Positions 60,770 through 64,000 of a DNA stretch of 64,000 nt are shown here, in pieces. The stretch is from the human T2T-CHM13v2.0 reference genome, Homo sapiens: assembly GCF_009914755.1 (NCBI RefSeq), contig NC_060925.1; one strand, written 5' to 3'. The notes under the pieces are model-generated. The model was not told the origin of the DNA, did not search any database, and saw nothing but the letters and a program-made list of their open reading frames with translations. Both the position numbers and the translations under genes were made by a program. Numbering within the stretch: the stretch's first letter is position 1; each line of letters opens with the position of its first letter.

Positions 60770-63201
60770 TAGGCATACCTCAAAGACATTGCAAGCTTGG
60801 TTCCAGACCACAACAATAAAGTGACTATCATAATAAAGTGAAGCATGCACATTTTTTGGCTTCCCAGTACATATAAAAGTTATGTTTACACTATACTGTA
60901 GTCTATTAAGTATGACTTAATAGGAATAAGGCATTGTGTTTTTAAAAAATGTACATACCTTAATTAAAAATACTTTATTGCTAAAAAATGTTAACAATCA
61001 TCTGAACCTTCAGCAGGTGGTAATCTTTTTGCTGGTGGAAGGTCTTGCCTTGACGTTGATGGTTGTTGACTAATCAGGGTGGTGACTGCTGAAGGTTAGG
61101 GTGGCTGTAGCAATTTCTTAAAATAGTACAGTGAAGTTTAGCACATCTATTGACTCTGTCTTTCACAAAAGGTTTCTCTGTGGCATGTGATGCTGTTTGA
61201 TAGCATTTTACCCACAGTAGAACTTCTGTCAAATTGGAGTCAATCCTCTCAAACCCTGTTGCTGCTGTATTGCCTATAATAAGTTTGTGGAATATTATAA
61301 ATCCTCTGTCATCATTTTAACAATGTTCATAGCATCTTCACCAAGAGTAGATTCCATCTCAAGAAACCACGTTCTTTACTCATCCATAGGAAGCAATTTT
61401 TCACCTGTTCAAGTTTTACCACAAGATTGCAGCAATTCAGTCCCATCTTCAGGGTCTACTTCTAATTCTAGTTCTCTTGCTATTTCTACTACATCTGCAT
61501 TGACTTTGTCCACTGAAGTCTTGAGTCCCTCAAAATCATCTATGAGCATTGGAATCTACTTCTTCCAAACTCCTGTTGATATGGATATTTTGACCTCTTG
61601 CCATGAATCACAAATGTCCTTAATGGCATCTAACATGGTGAATCCTTTCCAGAAGGTTTTCAATTTACTTTGCCCAGATCCATCAGAGGAATCACTATTT
61701 ATGACAGCTAAAGCCTTACAAAATATGTTTTTTAAATAATAAGACTTGAAAGTTGAAATGACTCCTTGATTCATGGGCTGCAGAATGTGTTAGCAGGCAT
61801 GGAAACAATATCCATCTTGTATATCTCCATCAGCTTTCCGGTGACAAGGTGCATTGTCAATGAGCAGCAATCTTCTGAAAGAACCTTCCCCCCGCCGCAC
61901 CACCCCCACCCCCACCCCCACCCCGAGCAGTAGGTCTTAATAGTGTGCTTAAAATATTCAGTAAACCATGCTGTAGACAGGTATGCTGTCATCCAGGCTT
62001 TGTTGTTCCATTTTAGAGCACAGGCAGAGAAGATTTAACATAATTCTCAAGGGCCCTAGGATTTTCAGAACGATCAGTGAGCATTGGCTTCTACTTAAAG
62101 TTATAAGCTACATTAGCCCCTAACAAGAGATCCAGCCTATCTTTTGAAGCTTTCAAACCATGCATTGACTTCTCCTCTATAGTTATGGAAGTCCTAGATA
62201 GCATCTTCTTCTAATAGAAGGCTGTTTTGTCTCCATTGAAAATCTATTGTTTAGTGCAGCTACCTTCATCAATGATCCTAGTTAGATCTTCTGGATAACT
62301 TGCAGCAGTTTCTATATCAACACTTGCTGCCTCTTTTTGCACCTTTATGATATTAAGACAGCTTATTTCCTTAACCTCATGAACCAACCTCTGCTGGCTT
62401 CTAACTTTTCTTCTGCAGCTTCCTCACCTCTCTCAGACTTCACAGAATTGAAGAGAGCTAGGGGCTTGTTCTGTATTTGCCTTTGGCTTAAGGGAACATT
62501 ATGGCTTTTTTGATTTTCTATATAGACCACTCAAACTTTCTTCATATCAGCAATAGGGCTGTTTTGCTTTCTTATCATTCATGTGTTCACTGGAGTTGTG
62601 CTTTTAATTTCCTTCAAGAACTTTTCCTTTGCATTCACAACTTGGCTCTTTGGCCCAAGAGGCCTAGCTTTTGGTTTATTGTGGCTTTCAACATGCCTTC
62701 CTTACTAAGCTTAATCGTTCTATCTTTTGATTTAAAGTGAAAGACATGTTACTCTTCCTTTCACTTGAACACCTAGAGGCAATTGTGGTGTTATTAATTG
62801 GCCTAATGTCAGTACTGTTGTTTTTAGGGAATAGGGAGGACTGAGGCGAGGGGAGAGAGAAAGGGGGGTGGCCAGTGGGCGGAGTGGTCGCAACACACAC
62901 GTTTATTGATTGAGTTCACCATCTTATATAAGTACAGTTTGTGGTGTCCCAAACCAATTATAGTAATAACATCAAAGATCACTGATCAAAGATCACCATA
63001 ACAGATGTACTAATAATTAAAAAGTTTGAAACATTGTGAGAATTACCAAAATGTTACACAGAGGCACAAAGTGAGCACACGATGTTGAAAAATGGCACCG
63101 ATAGACTTGTTTGGTGCGGTTGCCACAAATCTTCAATCTGTAAAAAACACAATGTCCGTAAAACGCAATAAAGCAGAGAGCAATAAAATGAGGTTTGCCC
63201 A
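60770..63201 (-). mobile_element. Full-length Tigger1 (pogo-family DNA transposon), inactive
   Basis: TIRs 'aggcatacctc' (60771) and 'gaggtttgccc' (~63190-63200); ~2.43 kb; transposase fragment '[35 protein letters not shown]'. Confidence 0.96.
61420..62780 (-). pseudogene. Tigger1 transposase remnant (TIGD1-like), frameshifted
   Basis: ORFs 61556-61774, 61771-61992 and 62688-62900 match Tigger1 transposase pieces ('SERKS..SFTLNQK', 'AWFTEYFK'); the PMDQG motif reads MNQG. Confidence 0.9.
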
Positions 63202-63489
63202 TCATTCACCTTATTTGATTTATCCTATGGTACAAGCAGACAGGTTTGATTACAGAAGCAGTTCAGAAAGTTTGTGTAATTTGTTCAAGATTCCGACCGC
63301 TGATACATGGGACAGCCAAGACCAGAATTCAATTCTTCTAACTCCCAAGTGCAGTACTGTGTTGCTTTGGAGTCTGAAACCCTATAAGGTTCACACTTTT
63401 CTCAGCCCAGTCTGGCCCTCCCCTGGAATGCCTGTCTGGGGTCTTCCAGCCTCACCTAGGGATCCTGTGGAATGGTCAGTGGAGTACAG

Positions 63490-63620
63490 GGAAAGGAGTC
63501 TAATGTTGTGTTATTATCCTGGCTCTGCAGTCCCAAATTGCTCCGGAAACTTGTTACGGGTTTTAGTTTTGTCATCTGCAAAATGAAGCAGGTATTATGC
63601 ACCCACTCCATCCTACAGGG
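63490..63620 (+). mobile_element. MIR fragment
   Basis: 'atcctggctctgca..ttttagttttgtcatctgcaaaatgaag'. Confidence 0.6.
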
Positions 63621-64000
63621 GGCATTGAAGGCTCCAGGGCAGGAGTGTGCAAATCCTTCGAGGAGGTCCCTGTGCTGTTCCTGTAGGTGAGAGAGGCTTC
63701 CCATTTTCTGTTATTTCAACTCATCTGCCCTTAACAGTGGATGCTCTCCTCAGCCCCAAGCCAGAGGGAGGAGGCTGTGCCAGTCTGTGGGATCTGGGCT
63801 ACTGCTCACTTGGGAGCCCTTTTGGCCAGACTGTTTTCGTTGACTGTCCCAGGCAGCCTGCCTAGGGGCCTGTTTTGCTGGAAGAATGAGCAGTAGGGGG
63901 AAGAGCAGCTCCACAGGTGAGCAACAGAGACAGCTAGCTCAGAGCCTTTAAAATGAAAGCGTTCTCTTGAGAGTGTGCAAAGATCTGATTTGTGATAGAT

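Overview
Primate (human-like) non-coding genomic DNA, probably intronic or intergenic. I could not support any cellular protein-coding exon, RNA gene or CRISPR array; the long ORFs are LINE-1 or Tigger1 fragments. The core of the window is a ~20-kb nested LINE-1 block (~18.6-38.4 kb). It contains two near-full-length, dead L1PA elements head-to-head, ~0.92 kb apart. The minus-strand copy (L1PA4/5-like) carries a nested younger L1 tail and a 5'UTR deletion. The plus-strand copy (L1PA6-like) has an exactly spliced 5'UTR (SpIRE-type), an A40 expansion, a tiny AATAAA+poly(A) insert and a 3' deletion. The two copies share several non-consensus, non-CpG substitutions in short near-identical tracts, which suggests gene conversion across a giant inverted repeat. 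Elsewhere are a full-length Tigger1, MADE1, MER5, MER45, MER119, MaLR LTRs, 9 Alu/FLAM, many MIR/L2 pieces, an unexplained CpG-retaining ~120-nt hairpin at 3.9-4.05 kb, and a CCAAT+X-box promoter-like cluster at 58.1 kb. Subfamily names and consensus comparisons come from recalled consensus sequences, not from a search. Boundaries of old repeats are approximate.
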